A stretch of DNA of 63,818 bases, the filler included, from Lama guanicoe (Eukaryota), in the NCBI GenBank assembly GCA_013239625.1. It is 82 parts of 78 records of this genome, joined end to end, with 100 filler letters (N's around TTAATTAATTAA, not from the genome) between each part and the next. Parts side by side here need not be neighbours in the genome. Positions count along the whole stretch, not along the records: positions 49,243 to 50,149 come from PNXV01006131.1; positions 50,250 to 50,607 come from PNXV01006135.1; positions 50,708 to 50,982 come from MU054210.1; positions 51,083 to 51,483 come from MU054210.1; positions 51,584 to 52,120 come from PNXV01006185.1; positions 52,221 to 53,038 come from MU054213.1; positions 53,139 to 53,853 come from MU054217.1; positions 53,954 to 54,900 come from MU054217.1; 74 more parts are not named here. One strand, 5' to 3'. Position numbers and translations under genes: made by a program. The notes under the pieces were generated by a model. That model worked only from the letters and a program-made list of their open reading frames with translations. It made no database searches and was not told the DNA's origin. This document shows, in pieces, positions 49,350 to 61,540 of the stretch (its first letter is position 1; every line of letters starts with the position of its first letter).

Positions 49350-50149
49350 GTCTATTTAAAAACATTTTCATTGAAGTCTAGTCAGTTTATAATTTTGTGT
49401 TAGTTTTTTGTGTACAGAAAAACACTTCAGTTAAATAGGAAAATTCCTGTATTCATTTTCATATTCTTTTTGAACATAAGTTACTATAAGATAAAAATAT
49501 ATTCTCCTGTGCTATACAGTGTAATCTTGCTGTTTATTCTATACATACTCAGTATCTGCAAATCTTGAACTCCCAATTTATTCCTTCCCACACCCTCTCT
49601 CCTCTGGTAACAATAGTTTGATTTCTATGTCTCTGTGTTGGCTTCTGTTCTGTAGATAAGTTTATCTTTTTATTTCTTTGTTTTTTGTTTTTGTTTTTCT
49701 TTTTGGATTCTACATGTGAGCGATCTCATATGATAATTTTCTTTCTCTTTCTGGCATACTTCACTTAGAATGACATTTTCCAGGTCCATTGATGTTGCTG
49801 CAAATGGCATTATTTTATTATTATTTTATGGCTGAATAGTAGTCTATTGGACAAATATACTGCAACCTCTTTATCCAGTCATCTGTCACTGGACATTTAG
49901 GTTGTTTCCATGTCTTGCTATTGTAAACAGTGCTGCTGTGAACATTGGGGTGAAGGAGTCTTTTTGAATTACAGATCCTTTTGGATATATGCCCAGGAGT
50001 GGGATTCCTGGGTCATAAGGGAGGTCAATTTTTTGTCTTTTGAGGAGCCTCTATACAGTTTTCCACAATGGCTCCACCACACTGCATTCCCATCACAGAT
50101 TAGGAGTGTTCCCAATTCTCCACAGCCTCTCCAGTATTTATTGTCTGTG
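49350..50149 (-). mobile_element. LINE-1 3' end (ORF2 C-terminus plus 3' UTR)
   Basis: TTCACTTAGAATGACA...GTTGCTGCAAATGGCATTATTT...GGATATATGCCCAGGAGTGGGATTCCTGGGTCAT, the same family as 31060-31497. Confidence 0.93.
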
Positions 50150-50707
50150 NNNNNNNNNNNNNNNNNNNNNNNNNNNNNNNNNNNNNNNNNNNNTTAATTA
50201 ATTAANNNNNNNNNNNNNNNNNNNNNNNNNNNNNNNNNNNNNNNNNNNNAAAATCTGGTAGGAATTCTAATCAGAATTGCATTGAATCTGTCTATCAATA
50301 CAGGAAGAATTAATGTCTTTATGGCATAAACTTCTTCTACTCATGAATATATCTGTGACCCTATCTTTTCATCTGTCCAGAGCCTGGCCCATGGAAGTCC
50401 TCACTACTTGTTGGGCTTGTGATTGATGAGATTCTATACATCGTTAGTTGCAACTGTAGCCTTTCACAGAAGAGAAAAGTAACCTCAGTGAATCAAGTGA
50501 CTCTCTGATGTTCAGAAAGAGTGACAGCCAGTGCTGGAGTGATCCAATGGACTTAGTACTTGCAACCAGAATTCACCACCTACAGCTTAGGGGATTAGAG
50601 AGTTCTTNNNNNNNNNNNNNNNNNNNNNNNNNNNNNNNNNNNNNNNNNNNNTTAATTAATTAANNNNNNNNNNNNNNNNNNNNNNNNNNNNNNNNNNNNN
50701 NNNNNNN

Positions 50708-50982
50708 CTTGTTGGTTTCATAGTCTGAAACTCTTCCTTCTATTCTGTGTATTGTCGTAAGTCCTGCTGAAGTTTTCCTTTGCTCTGCAAATGGTTCTGC
50801 ATTTCACAATTATACAAGAAGTGGAATCACTGTATCCCATATTACATCTATTTTTTCCTTAGTATAATTAAAAAGTTATTGTTAGTTTTCCTTTTTTTGT
50901 TACTTAGTAGATAGATCAAAAATACATATTGCAAAGATTTATCACAAAGGCACTTCTGCTCCTGTTTTTTTCAGAGATTGTA
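50708..50982 (-). mobile_element. Decayed LINE-1 fragment, paralog of ~1240-1520
   Basis: Colinear with 1240-1520. Confidence 0.7.
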
Positions 50983-51583
50983 NNNNNNNNNNNNNNNNNN
51001 NNNNNNNNNNNNNNNNNNNNNNNNNNTTAATTAATTAANNNNNNNNNNNNNNNNNNNNNNNNNNNNNNNNNNNNNNNNNNNNTGAGTAGAAGTCTTAGGG
51101 TCCCTGACCTTACCTACAATTTTCCAGTAATTCAGGGCATTTCACATTCTGAAAATGCTTCGTGTTTTTTTTTAAATTAATGGGAAAGAGTCAAAGACTT
51201 CCATGAATATTTTAAATTTCCTAATATCTGCAGAAATTTGGTATTCTTGCAGTTGGACAAATTTTTAATTCTATTACCCTCACCTCCTTCTAGTCCACAC
51301 ATTTTAGATCGCAATTTGATTACTGAATACCACCACCCCATCCAAGGGTCTAGTACATCTTAGAAATTTCCCGTGTGAAGGTAAGAAGGGGCAAATGTTA
51401 TGTGGGTATATAAACCTACATTAAATGTTTGCAGTGGCACTGTCTCTTCTGGAAAAAGCTCTGATTCTAAGAAGTAAATTAATNNNNNNNNNNNNNNNNN
51501 NNNNNNNNNNNNNNNNNNNNNNNNNNNTTAATTAATTAANNNNNNNNNNNNNNNNNNNNNNNNNNNNNNNNNNNNNNNNNNNN

Positions 51584-51673
51584 TCTTTTTTAATGGAGGT
51601 ACTGGGGCTTGAACCCAGGACCTTGAACATGCAAAGCACGTGCTGTACCACTGAGCTATACCCATCCTTTCCC
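51584..51673 (-). mobile_element. tRNA-derived SINE, Vic-1-like (camelid)
   Basis: Reverse reads GGGTATAGCTCAGTGGTACAGCACGTGCTTTGCATGTTCAAGGTCCTGGGTTCAAGCCCCAGTACCTCCATTAAAAAA (A box, B box, A tail). Confidence 0.9.
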
Positions 51674-52220
51674 CAGTATTTGTGTTTTTAGTGGGCATAA
51701 TGTGCTGGTAGCAGGTATTTTAGTGTGAGACACAGTCACCTGCCTCTGACCATCACGTTAATAAATTTCCCTTGAGCTAGAGGGCTAGATAGTCTGTTTC
51801 CAAAAGTTCAATAAGTTATCTACATTTTCTTTTTTCTTAAAAAAGGCATTAACTCATGTTTCTCTTTAGTATCATGTATAAATAAAATTTGAGTTTATTA
51901 ACCATTTACCAAAGTTTTAAGGGTAATAAATATTAAGTACAGATTTCTGAAACATCAGTCATCACTGAAGATCCATATCTGCTGTTCTCTCTCTCTGTTA
52001 GTCACCTTACTTCTGGAGTTCTGGAAGTGGCTCCAGGCAGAACCTGAGTACGAATGGGACAACTGAGTACGAATGGGACATGGTTGAGCAGGAAGAACAA
52101 GTCCGGCCAGAATAGGAGGCNNNNNNNNNNNNNNNNNNNNNNNNNNNNNNNNNNNNNNNNNNNNTTAATTAATTAANNNNNNNNNNNNNNNNNNNNNNNN
52201 NNNNNNNNNNNNNNNNNNNN

Positions 52221-53038
52221 ATTCGATATTCTGTATTCTTTATTCTATATTCTGTGTTCTACAATCTATTTTCTAAATCAATATAGAGTATACTCTATTC
52301 TATACTCTAAATTCTGTGTTCTGCATTCCATGTTCTAAATTCTGGGTTTTATTTTCTCTATTCTATATTCTATATTCTGTGTTTCAAAACTATATTCGAA
52401 TTTCTATATCCATTATTCTGTATTCCATATTCTAAATTCTGTATTCTGCATTCCATGTTCTAAATTATATATTCAGTATATTGTATTCTATATTCTGTAT
52501 TTTGTGTTTCGCATTCTATGTTTTAAATTCTATATTCAGTATTCTGCATTNNNNNNNNNNNNNNNNNNNNNNNNNNNNNNNNNNNNNNNNNNNNNNNNNN
52601 NNNNNNNNNNNNNNNNNNNNNNNNNNNNNNNNNNNNNNNNNNNNNNNNNNNNNNNNNNNNNNNNNNNNNNNNNNNNNNNNNNNNNNNNNNNNNNNNNNNN
52701 NNNNNNNNNNNNNNNNNNNNNNNNNNNNNNNNNNNNNNNNNNNNNNNNNNNNNNNNNNNNNNNNNNNNNNNNNNNNNNNNNNNNNNNNNNNNNNNNNNNN
52801 NNNNNNNNNNNNNNNNNNNNNNNNNNNNNNNNNNNNNTCTATATTCTAAATTCTGTGTTCTACATTCTATACTCTAAATTCTATATTCAGTAATCTGTAT
52901 TCTATATACTAAATTCTTTGTTCAGCATTCCATTTTATATATTCTGGCTTCTATTTTCTCTATCCTCTATTTTATATTCTGTGTTCTATATTCTATATTA
53001 TAAGCCCTATATTCAGTGCTCTGTATTCTATATTATAA
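52221..53038 (+). repeat. Heptamer satellite (ATTCTAT)n
   Basis: 7-bp periodic TTC repeat. Confidence 0.95.
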
Positions 53039-53138
53039 NNNNNNNNNNNNNNNNNNNNNNNNNNNNNNNNNNNNNNNNNNNNTTAATTAATTAANNNNNN
53101 NNNNNNNNNNNNNNNNNNNNNNNNNNNNNNNNNNNNNN

Positions 53139-54900
53139 AAGACATAAGCAGAATAATATTTCCAGGTAGTCAGACATAATGGACATTTTGCTACTCTGAA
53201 GCTCTAAGCAAAAGAATCAAAAAAAATAACGTTGTTTAAAACTTCCTTTGCAAACAGGAAAGTTAAGACTGTAAGAAGGTGCAACAGCGCCACCTATGGC
53301 TTAAAAGGCCTTCCAGGTTGCCTGGAAAGATGCAACACAAAAATTGCCTGTGGATCAGAAACAAGAATCAGATAACTAAAAGCTTATGTAGTACATAAAC
53401 ATACTGCACTTCAGGAAAGGGAGGGGTATTCAGTATTTAATCAGATATTGCTAATACTCCTGAATATATACAAAAGACACAGGCTCATGGAAACTCATCT
53501 TTGAAGAGGAAAGAATCCAGTCCAGCCACTTCATTTTACAGGAGGGGAGACTAAGATCTGGGATCTGTCCTCCTGGCCATCGACAGCAAAGCTCTCCTAG
53601 TCCTCATATCTTGCACTGTAGCAAAAACCAACAGACCTGTACTAGCCCTATATTCATAAATGTCATGTCTGTATTTTTTCCAACAGTAGGTAATCTAAGT
53701 ATCTTGCAAAATCTTCCTCAAAGAGCCAGGAAATAACACGTTTGTTGAAATACAAAAACATTTATTTACATATTAAAACAGCATGAGCTTTTTTCTATTA
53801 AAAAAGCTGACATGTCAAATCAATGTTTTGATATTTTAAAACCTATTAAGAGTNNNNNNNNNNNNNNNNNNNNNNNNNNNNNNNNNNNNNNNNNNNNTTA
53901 ATTAATTAANNNNNNNNNNNNNNNNNNNNNNNNNNNNNNNNNNNNNNNNNNNNCACCTCTTCGTATATGTACCAAATCTTCTACCACCCATTGACACACA
54001 GCGGTGGGGATAATACTTAGGGAACTCAGCACACTTTTCAGCTTTAAGGTGCTCCAGAGGATGCTTCTAGCTCTTTTATAAAATCCAGGCTCACTGGTTT
54101 CTAACACTGCAAGAAAAGTTCGATGTTGCCAGTGTTTGCACAGAAGTCTGAAATGTTCAGAGCGAGATGATAGAATTAAACTAAGACATAAGCAGAATAA
54201 TATTTCCAGGTAGTCAGACATAATGGACATTGTGCTACCCTGAAGCACTAAGCAAGGGAATCAAAAAAAAAAANNNNNNNNNNNNNNNNNNNNNNNNNNN
54301 NNNNNNNNNNNNNNNNNNNNNNNNNNNNNNNNNNNNNNNNNNNNNNNNNNNNNNNNNNNNNNNNNNNNNNNNNNNNNNNNNNNNNNNNNNNNNNNNNNNN
54401 NNNNNNNNNNNNNNNNNNNNNNNNNNNNNNNNNNNNNNNNNNNNNNNNNNNNNNNNNNNNNNNNNNNNNNNNNNNNNNNNNNNNNNNNNNNNNNNNNNNN
54501 NNNNNNNNNNNNNNNNNNNNNNNNNNNNNNNNNNNNNNNNNNNNNNNNNNNNNNNNNNNNNNNNNNNNNNNNNNNNNNNNNNNNNNNNNNNNNNNNNNNN
54601 NNNNNNNNNNNNNNNNNNNNNNNNNNNNNNNNNNNNNNNNNNNNNNNNNNNNNNNNNNNNNNNNNNNNNNNNNNNNNNNNNNNNNNNNNNNNNNNNNNNN
54701 NNNNNNNNNNNNNNNNNNNNNNNNNNNNNNNNNNNNNNNNNNNNNNNNNNNNNNNNNNNNNNNNNNNNNNNNNNNNNNNNNNNNNNNNNNNNNNNNNNNN
54801 NNNNNNNNAAAACAGCATTTTCTCTATTAAAAAAGCTGACATGTCAAATCTATGTTTTGATATGTTAAAACCTATTAAGAGTGCAGAAAAATAAATCAAA
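53139..54900 (-). repeat. Two scaffolds (53139-53853, 53954-54900) paralogous to each other and to 17762-18340
   Basis: AAGACATAAGCAGAATAATATTTCCAGGTAGTCAGACATAATGGACATT is shared, and both are colinear in reverse with the 17.8-18.3 kb scaffold. Confidence 0.9.
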
Positions 54901-55000
54901 NNNNNNNNNNNNNNNNNNNNNNNNNNNNNNNNNNNNNNNNNNNNTTAATTAATTAANNNNNNNNNNNNNNNNNNNNNNNNNNNNNNNNNNNNNNNNNNNN

Positions 55001-55570
55001 ATGAATATAGAAATTCGAATATAGATTGTAGAACACAGACAATAGAATAGAGAATAGAGAATATAGAGCACTGAATTTAGAACATGGAATGAAAACAAAG
55101 TATTTAGAAGATAGAATACAGAATACTGTATATAGAATTTAAAATTTAGAATGTAAAACTCAGAATATAGAATATAGAATACGGAATGTAGAATATAGAT
55201 TTTAGAATATAGAATGAAAAACACAAAAAATAGAATATAGAATAGAGAATATAGAAGCCAGAATTTAGAACATGGAATTAGAACACATAATTTACAATNN
55301 NNNNNNNNNNNNNNGAATAGAGAAAATATAGAATTAAGAATATACAATGTATAACACAGAATATATAATATAGAATACAGCATATAAAACACAGGATTTA
55401 GAACATGGAATTCGGAACACAGAATTTAGAATACAGAATACACAATATTGAATACAGGATTTAGATTATAGAATGTAGAACACAGTGTATAGTATATAGA
55501 ATAGATAATATAGGAACCAGTATTTAGAACATGGAATTCAGAACTCAGAATTTAGAATATAGAATACAGA
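55001..55570 (-). repeat. Heptamer satellite (reverse)
   Basis: 7-bp periodic GAA repeat. Confidence 0.95.
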
Positions 55571-56912
55571 NNNNNNNNNNNNNNNNNNNNNNNNNNNNNN
55601 NNNNNNNNNNNNNNTTAATTAATTAANNNNNNNNNNNNNNNNNNNNNNNNNNNNNNNNNNNNNNNNNNNNCAGACTCACCCGGTCCTTTCAGAAAGAGTG
55701 GAGGGGTCTCCTGATGTGCAGCTGTGGTCTCTTGTCCACGGACACCTTTGGTGAGAGAATGCTGTGGACAAGGCCCTGGANNNNNNNNNNNNNNNNNNNN
55801 NNNNNNNNNNNNNNNNNNNNNNNNNNNNNNNNNNNNNNNNNNNNNNNNNNNNNNNNNNNNNNNNNNNNNNNNNNNNNNNNNNNNNNNNNNNNNNNNNNNN
55901 NNNNNNNNNNNNNNNNNNNNNNNNNNNNNNNNNNNNNNNNNNNNNNNNNNNNNNNNNNNNNNNNNNNNNNNNNNNNNNNNNNNNNNNNNNNNNNNNNNNN
56001 NNNNNNNNNNNNNNNNNNNNNNNNNNNNNNNNNNNNNNNNNNNNNNNNNNNNNNNNNNNNNNNNNNNNNNNNNNNNNNNNNNNNNNNNNNNNNNNNNNNN
56101 NNNNNNNNNNNNNNNNNNNNNNNNNNNNNNNNNNNNNNNNNNNNNNNNNNNNNNNNNNNNNNNNNNNNNNNNNNNNNNNNNNNNNNNNNNNNNNNNNNNN
56201 NNNNNNNNNNNNNNNNNNNNNNNNNNNNNNNNNNNNNNNNNNNNNNNNNNNNNNNNNNNNNNNNNNNNNNNNNNNNNNNNNNNNNNNNNNNNNNNNNNNN
56301 NNNNNNNNNNNNNNNNNNNNNNNNNCTAGCTAGAATATCTTTTAAAAATATTTGCCAATATGATGAGCAAAAGTGCTTTTTCATTGTTTTAGTTTGCATT
56401 TGATGACCCATGAGGTATTGAGCATTTTTTACTCATTAGCCATTTGACTTTTTTAAAATTAATGATACCTTTTTTTCCTTTGCACACGTTTAAGTGAGGG
56501 AGCTTCTTGTTGCTTTGTGACAGGTCTCTGTATGTTATGAACATTAACCCCTTGTCTTCACCAACATGTATCACAGAGCTTTTTCTTGTCATTTCTTGCC
56601 TTTCATTTTGTTCAGGAGGTTTTATATTTTGGTTGTGTCTCAAAATATTCTTATGATAGTAAATCTCTTCCTTGTGGGTTTTATCTTTGACATTATTCTT
56701 AGAAATACTTTCTTATAATGGAATAAATTTCTTCTGTAGGTTTTTTTTAATGTCTAACATGGAGATAATAGTACTTGTTAATGTAAGGGTAAGTTGAGTT
56801 GATAAGAGCAAANNNNNNNNNNNNNNNNNNNNNNNNNNNNNNNNNNNNNNNNNNNNTTAATTAATTAANNNNNNNNNNNNNNNNNNNNNNNNNNNNNNNN
56901 NNNNNNNNNNNN

Positions 56913-57902
56913 CAGACCTACCTTGTTGTCCTCGGTACCGTACCGTGCCGGTTCCATCCAAAATATAGCATCTGATTTTGGGAGGTAGTGCTGAAGGAAA
57001 TGCTTCCTCTTCTCATGCTGTGGTCTTGGACCACTCTTCCTTGTCCTCTCATCACGAAAGCAATCACAGAGGTGTTGCGCATCCTGTGCCTCAAACCAAA
57101 CTATAATCCCAGCCCAGGTTATGAATGTAGCAGATCCTAAGGCTTTTCATTCTGATTTCAAAACCAAGGCCCCCTGGACCACTCAGACCAGATGCACGAT
57201 AGCTCTGATTCAGCCCCACACGTGCTCTATTGGCAAAATGCCCAATTGGTCCCTGGTCCTGCAAATGTACTGTGTCTGGCCATGGGCCATATCAGTAATC
57301 TCAACCGCGCGACCAGTGTGGTTGGTTATCATTTGTACACAGTTCGGTTTGCTCTCTTGATTCGACCCACCNNNNNNNNNNNNNNNNNNNNNNNNNNNNN
57401 NNNNNNNNNNNNNNNTTAATTAATTAANNNNNNNNNNNNNNNNNNNNNNNNNNNNNNNNNNNNNNNNNNNNCTCCAATTGCTGGTGTTGCATTTGTTGTG
57501 ATGAACAACCCATTCTATTTGGGTTAGCATAACTTCATTTTGATTACGCTATTCTCACAGTTCTGAAAGTGCGCAGGACACTTCCTCTTGTGGAAATGAG
57601 GCTTCTAAAGGTTCTCAGCTCTGCATTCTGCTCTATGTCATTTTGGAGTGTTTCCAAAACAGCAAACTGAGAATTGTGCTTTGTAGTGCCACGGGAATGT
57701 CCCAATGAAAGCAGTTCTTCCCAGAGCTTCTCTGTGTACTGAAACACCAGTGGAAGCACATACATGGATGTCACACATCAGGGCCTGCTGGATTGATCCC
57801 GCAGACCTACCTTGTTGTCCTCGGTGCCGTACCATACCGGTGCCATCCAAAACGTAGCATCCGCTTTTGGGAGATAGTTCTGAAGGAAATGCTTCCTCTT
57901 CT
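56913..57902 (-). repeat. Two scaffolds (56913-57371, 57472-57902) of an unidentified multi-copy family; third copy at 59802-60407 (+)
   Basis: CAGACCTACCTTGTTGTCCTCGGT...CTGAAGGAAATGCTTCCTCTTCT is shared, and both align in reverse with 59802-60377. Confidence 0.9.
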
Positions 57903-58569
57903 NNNNNNNNNNNNNNNNNNNNNNNNNNNNNNNNNNNNNNNNNNNNTTAATTAATTAANNNNNNNNNNNNNNNNNNNNNNNNNNNNNNNNNNNNNNNNNN
58001 NNGCTTATCATCCACCTTGGAAGGAGTACAGGGAAAGGGACTCTGCCTTTCTCCACTCCTACTATGTGACTGCAGTATCCTAGGCTGTTTTGATCTTCAC
58101 TTTGCAAAAGTCAAATTTAAGTGGGACAAATAGACTAGATGGGAAATACTTTGTTAAAAAAAAATTACGAGAAGGTTAAAATTTGAATTGTAAATCATTG
58201 GAAACCTGTCCGATTACTGACAGTATTTTGGATCATGTATTATGATGTTTTCTCTTGACAGTAGAGTGTGTTCTAGTCCTAAGGGCTACTTACATACATG
58301 TATTATTTGCTTTGGGTTTGGTCTTATAGTAGTATAATCCTGCAAGTGGGATTTTTACCCGGGTAATTTGTTCTCATTAAACTCCACACCCCAAATTTTA
58401 TCAGATTTTCTTAGTATTTTATTGAGCCAAGGTTTTTTTTTTTTTCCATTTTTTTTTTTTCCTAGATTTACACTACTTTTCGGGTATGATGCCTCTTTAG
58501 AGTTAGATTTTGTTTAACTCTGTCATTTACATTGAATTTACAGCTATTTACATAGCTTTATAGGGTATT

Positions 58570-58730
58570 AAGTGTTATGGTAAGTCACAGGGATCTAATG
58601 TACAACACGGGGAACTAGTCATACTATTGTTATAACTTTGGCGACAGACGGTAATTAGACTTAGTATAATGATCATCTTGTAGTGTATAAAAATACCAAA
58701 TCACTGTTTATAGCTGACACCAATATACAG
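58570..58730 (+). mobile_element. L1MA-type 3' UTR fragment
   Basis: TAAGTCACAGGGATCTAATGTACAACACGGGGA...GACAGACGGTAATTAGACTT...GATCAT...AAATCACT. Confidence 0.7.
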
Positions 58731-60507
58731 NNNNNNNNNNNNNNNNNNNNNNNNNNNNNNNNNNNNNNNNNNNNTTAATTAATTAANNNNNNNNNNNNNN
58801 NNNNNNNNNNNNNNNNNNNNNNNNNNNNNNCATTCCCTGCTTTGCCTTCTCCTGCTTACAGGTGTCCTGAGGCCTCATCTTGTTTTTGGAAGTAACAGAC
58901 CTCTCTTCGGCAAGTGTCCTGTTCCAAGGGCTGGGTGACTGGATGTTTCCATTGCTCTGTACATGGGAGCGAGTGAGTGCAGGTTGCACTTCTTCTCTGC
59001 CAACTGGGCATCGATGAATCAACACTATCCAGATACATTTCACAGAAATGTGATATTTGCTTAGCTCTTTGTTTCTATACAGCCTCGGTGGGAGGGATTG
59101 TCCGAAGACAGCTGTTTTGACAGTGTGTTCATATCTCATTTGCAGTCTTTAAGAAGTTTAACAGAATTCATTTACATGTTTTTGGAGTTATACAAAAACG
59201 TAGATAATTTTTGAAACACACTGTATCGACCTACAAGCAAGACTTGTCAATTTGGTAACATTTTGTCAGCTCTACGGAAAACCTAGACAGATAGAATGCA
59301 AACTTCCAGTTCAAGCTATTAAAGTTTTCATGTCAGCTCTTTACGGTTGAAGCTTCCGAAACCAACAGGAACCATGAAATAACTTTTGGAAACATGATAT
59401 AACCCCCAACCTTGGATACACTTGTGCATGTGGTGCCCTTTACTCCCAATGACACCTACTGGCCAATGTTGCCATTTCAAGGGGTAACATCCCTCTCTAG
59501 GAAAATACAAGAGAATAAAATCAAATATATACATTTAGGTTTGAATCCAAAAGCAGCTAGAGACATTATAGCTAGGAGAACCGTGCTGCAGTTATGCTAG
59601 TCTATTGAGAACCAGGTGTTCTTCTATCTGTGATGAGAGCGATTAATCATCTGATCATGTTGGGTAAAGCCATTTAACTCAACCAAGTCTGCACCCCCAT
59701 GNNNNNNNNNNNNNNNNNNNNNNNNNNNNNNNNNNNNNNNNNNNNTTAATTAATTAANNNNNNNNNNNNNNNNNNNNNNNNNNNNNNNNNNNNNNNNNNN
59801 NTCAGAATGAAAAGCCTTAGGATCAGCTACATTCATAACCTGGGCTGGGACTATTGTTTGGTTTGAGGCACAGTATGCGCAACAGCTCTGTGGTTGCCTT
59901 CGTGCACCCGAGCCACAAGAATGAGAGGACAAGGAAGAGTGGTCCAAGTCCACGGCGTGAGAAGATGAAGCATTTCCTTCAGCAATATCTCCCAGAAGCA
60001 GATGGTACATATTTGATGGCACCGGCACGGTACGGCCCCGAGGACACCAAGGTCGGTCTGCGGGATCATTCCACTGGCCCTGAAGTGTGACATCCATTGA
60101 TATGCTTCCACTGGTGTTTCTGTAGGCAGAAAAGCTCTGGGAAGAACTGGTTTCATTGGGATATTCTCATGACACTTCAAAGCACAAGCGCACTCTCAGT
60201 TGGCTGTTTTGGAAACACTCCAAAGTGACATAGAACCGAATGCAGAGCTGAGAACCTTTNNNNNNNNNNNNNNNNNNNNNNNNNNNNNNNNNATTGTGAG
60301 AATAATCAAAGTGAGGTTATGCTTATCCAAATAGTATGGGGTTTTCATCCCAACAAATGCAACACCATCAATTGGAGATATATCAGACAACACACAGGAA
60401 CAGGACANNNNNNNNNNNNNNNNNNNNNNNNNNNNNNNNNNNNNNNNNNNNTTAATTAATTAANNNNNNNNNNNNNNNNNNNNNNNNNNNNNNNNNNNNN
60501 NNNNNNN

Positions 60508-61219
60508 CTCACACTTATCTCTCAGAACTGAGCATTTGGAGAGACGTTCTTTCATCTAGCACAAAGAGAAAAGGTTGTAGGAGAAACACTTACTCTGGTT
60601 TCTCAGTGTGTTTCCTAGTGCCGGTTTGAAGTTCCTGCTGTTTTCACTGTAAAACCGGGTTGCAGCTTGTACCTACCCATATATATGTATGGAGGGCAAA
60701 TGGCAAATGAAAAGTAACTTTTTGTTCCCTTCAAGCTAGGTGAAGGACGGCTTTCACACACACTTATCTCTCAGAACTGAGCATGTGGAGAGACGTTCGT
60801 TCACCCAGCACAAAGGGAACGGGTTGCGGTAGAGACACTTACTCTGGTTTCTCAGTCTATTTCCTAGTGCCGGTTTGAAGTTCCTGCTGTTTTCACTGTA
60901 AAACCGGGTTGCAGCTTGTACCTACCCATATATATATATGGAGGGCAGATGGCANNNNNNNNNNNNNNNNNNNNNNNNNNNNNNNNNNNNNNNNNNNNNN
61001 NNNNNNNNNNNNNNNNNNNNNNNNNNNNNNNNNNNNNNNNNNNNNNNNNNNNNNNNNNNNNNNNNNNNNNNNNNNNNNNNNNNNNNNNNNNNNNNNNNNN
61101 NNNNNNNNAGTCTGTTTCGCCGGTTTGAAGTGCCTGCCATTTTCACTGTGAAACCGATTTGGAGCTTGTACCTCCCCATATATATGTGTGTACCATTGGC
61201 CGATACAAAAGAAGAGATT
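60508..61219 (+). repeat. 249-bp satellite, third variant
   Basis: Two monomers 249 bp apart share GTTCCTGCTGTTTT, CCGGGTTGCAGC and CCTACCCAT. Confidence 0.95.
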
Positions 61220-61319
61220 NNNNNNNNNNNNNNNNNNNNNNNNNNNNNNNNNNNNNNNNNNNNTTAATTAATTAANNNNNNNNNNNNNNNNNNNNNNNNN
61301 NNNNNNNNNNNNNNNNNNN

Positions 61320-61540
61320 GGAAAAAATAGATGTATTCTGCGATACAGGGATTCTATTTCTTTTATAAATGTGAAAAGCAAAAACTTTTGCGGAGCAAAG
61401 GAAACCTTCAACAAGACATATGATAACAGACAGAATAGAAGGAAAAATTTCAGACAATGAGACCTACAAAATGTTAAAATTCATAATATACATATAGCAT
61501 ATTAGACTCAATATTTAAAAAATAAAGACCCCAAATGAAA
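61320..61540 (+). mobile_element. Decayed LINE-1 fragment, paralog of ~1175-1392
   Basis: Reverse complement is colinear with 1175-1392. Confidence 0.7.

Noticed and set aside
51584..51673. tRNA gene
   Set aside because: It has A and B boxes but runs into an A tail and matches the SINE at 80-185.
53997..54035. V(D)J recombination signal (CACAGCG) in the CTCF-bearing unit
   Set aside because: No ACAAAAACC-like nonamer at 12 or 23 bp and no V exon upstream.
8710..55392. Many hydrophobic F/Y/I/L/S-rich ORFs (FYILYSVFYILNS...)
   Set aside because: They are translations of the heptamer satellite.
1565..56411. Long ORFs made mostly of X, or ending in LIN or N
   Set aside because: They read through N gaps and stop in or beyond the linkers.
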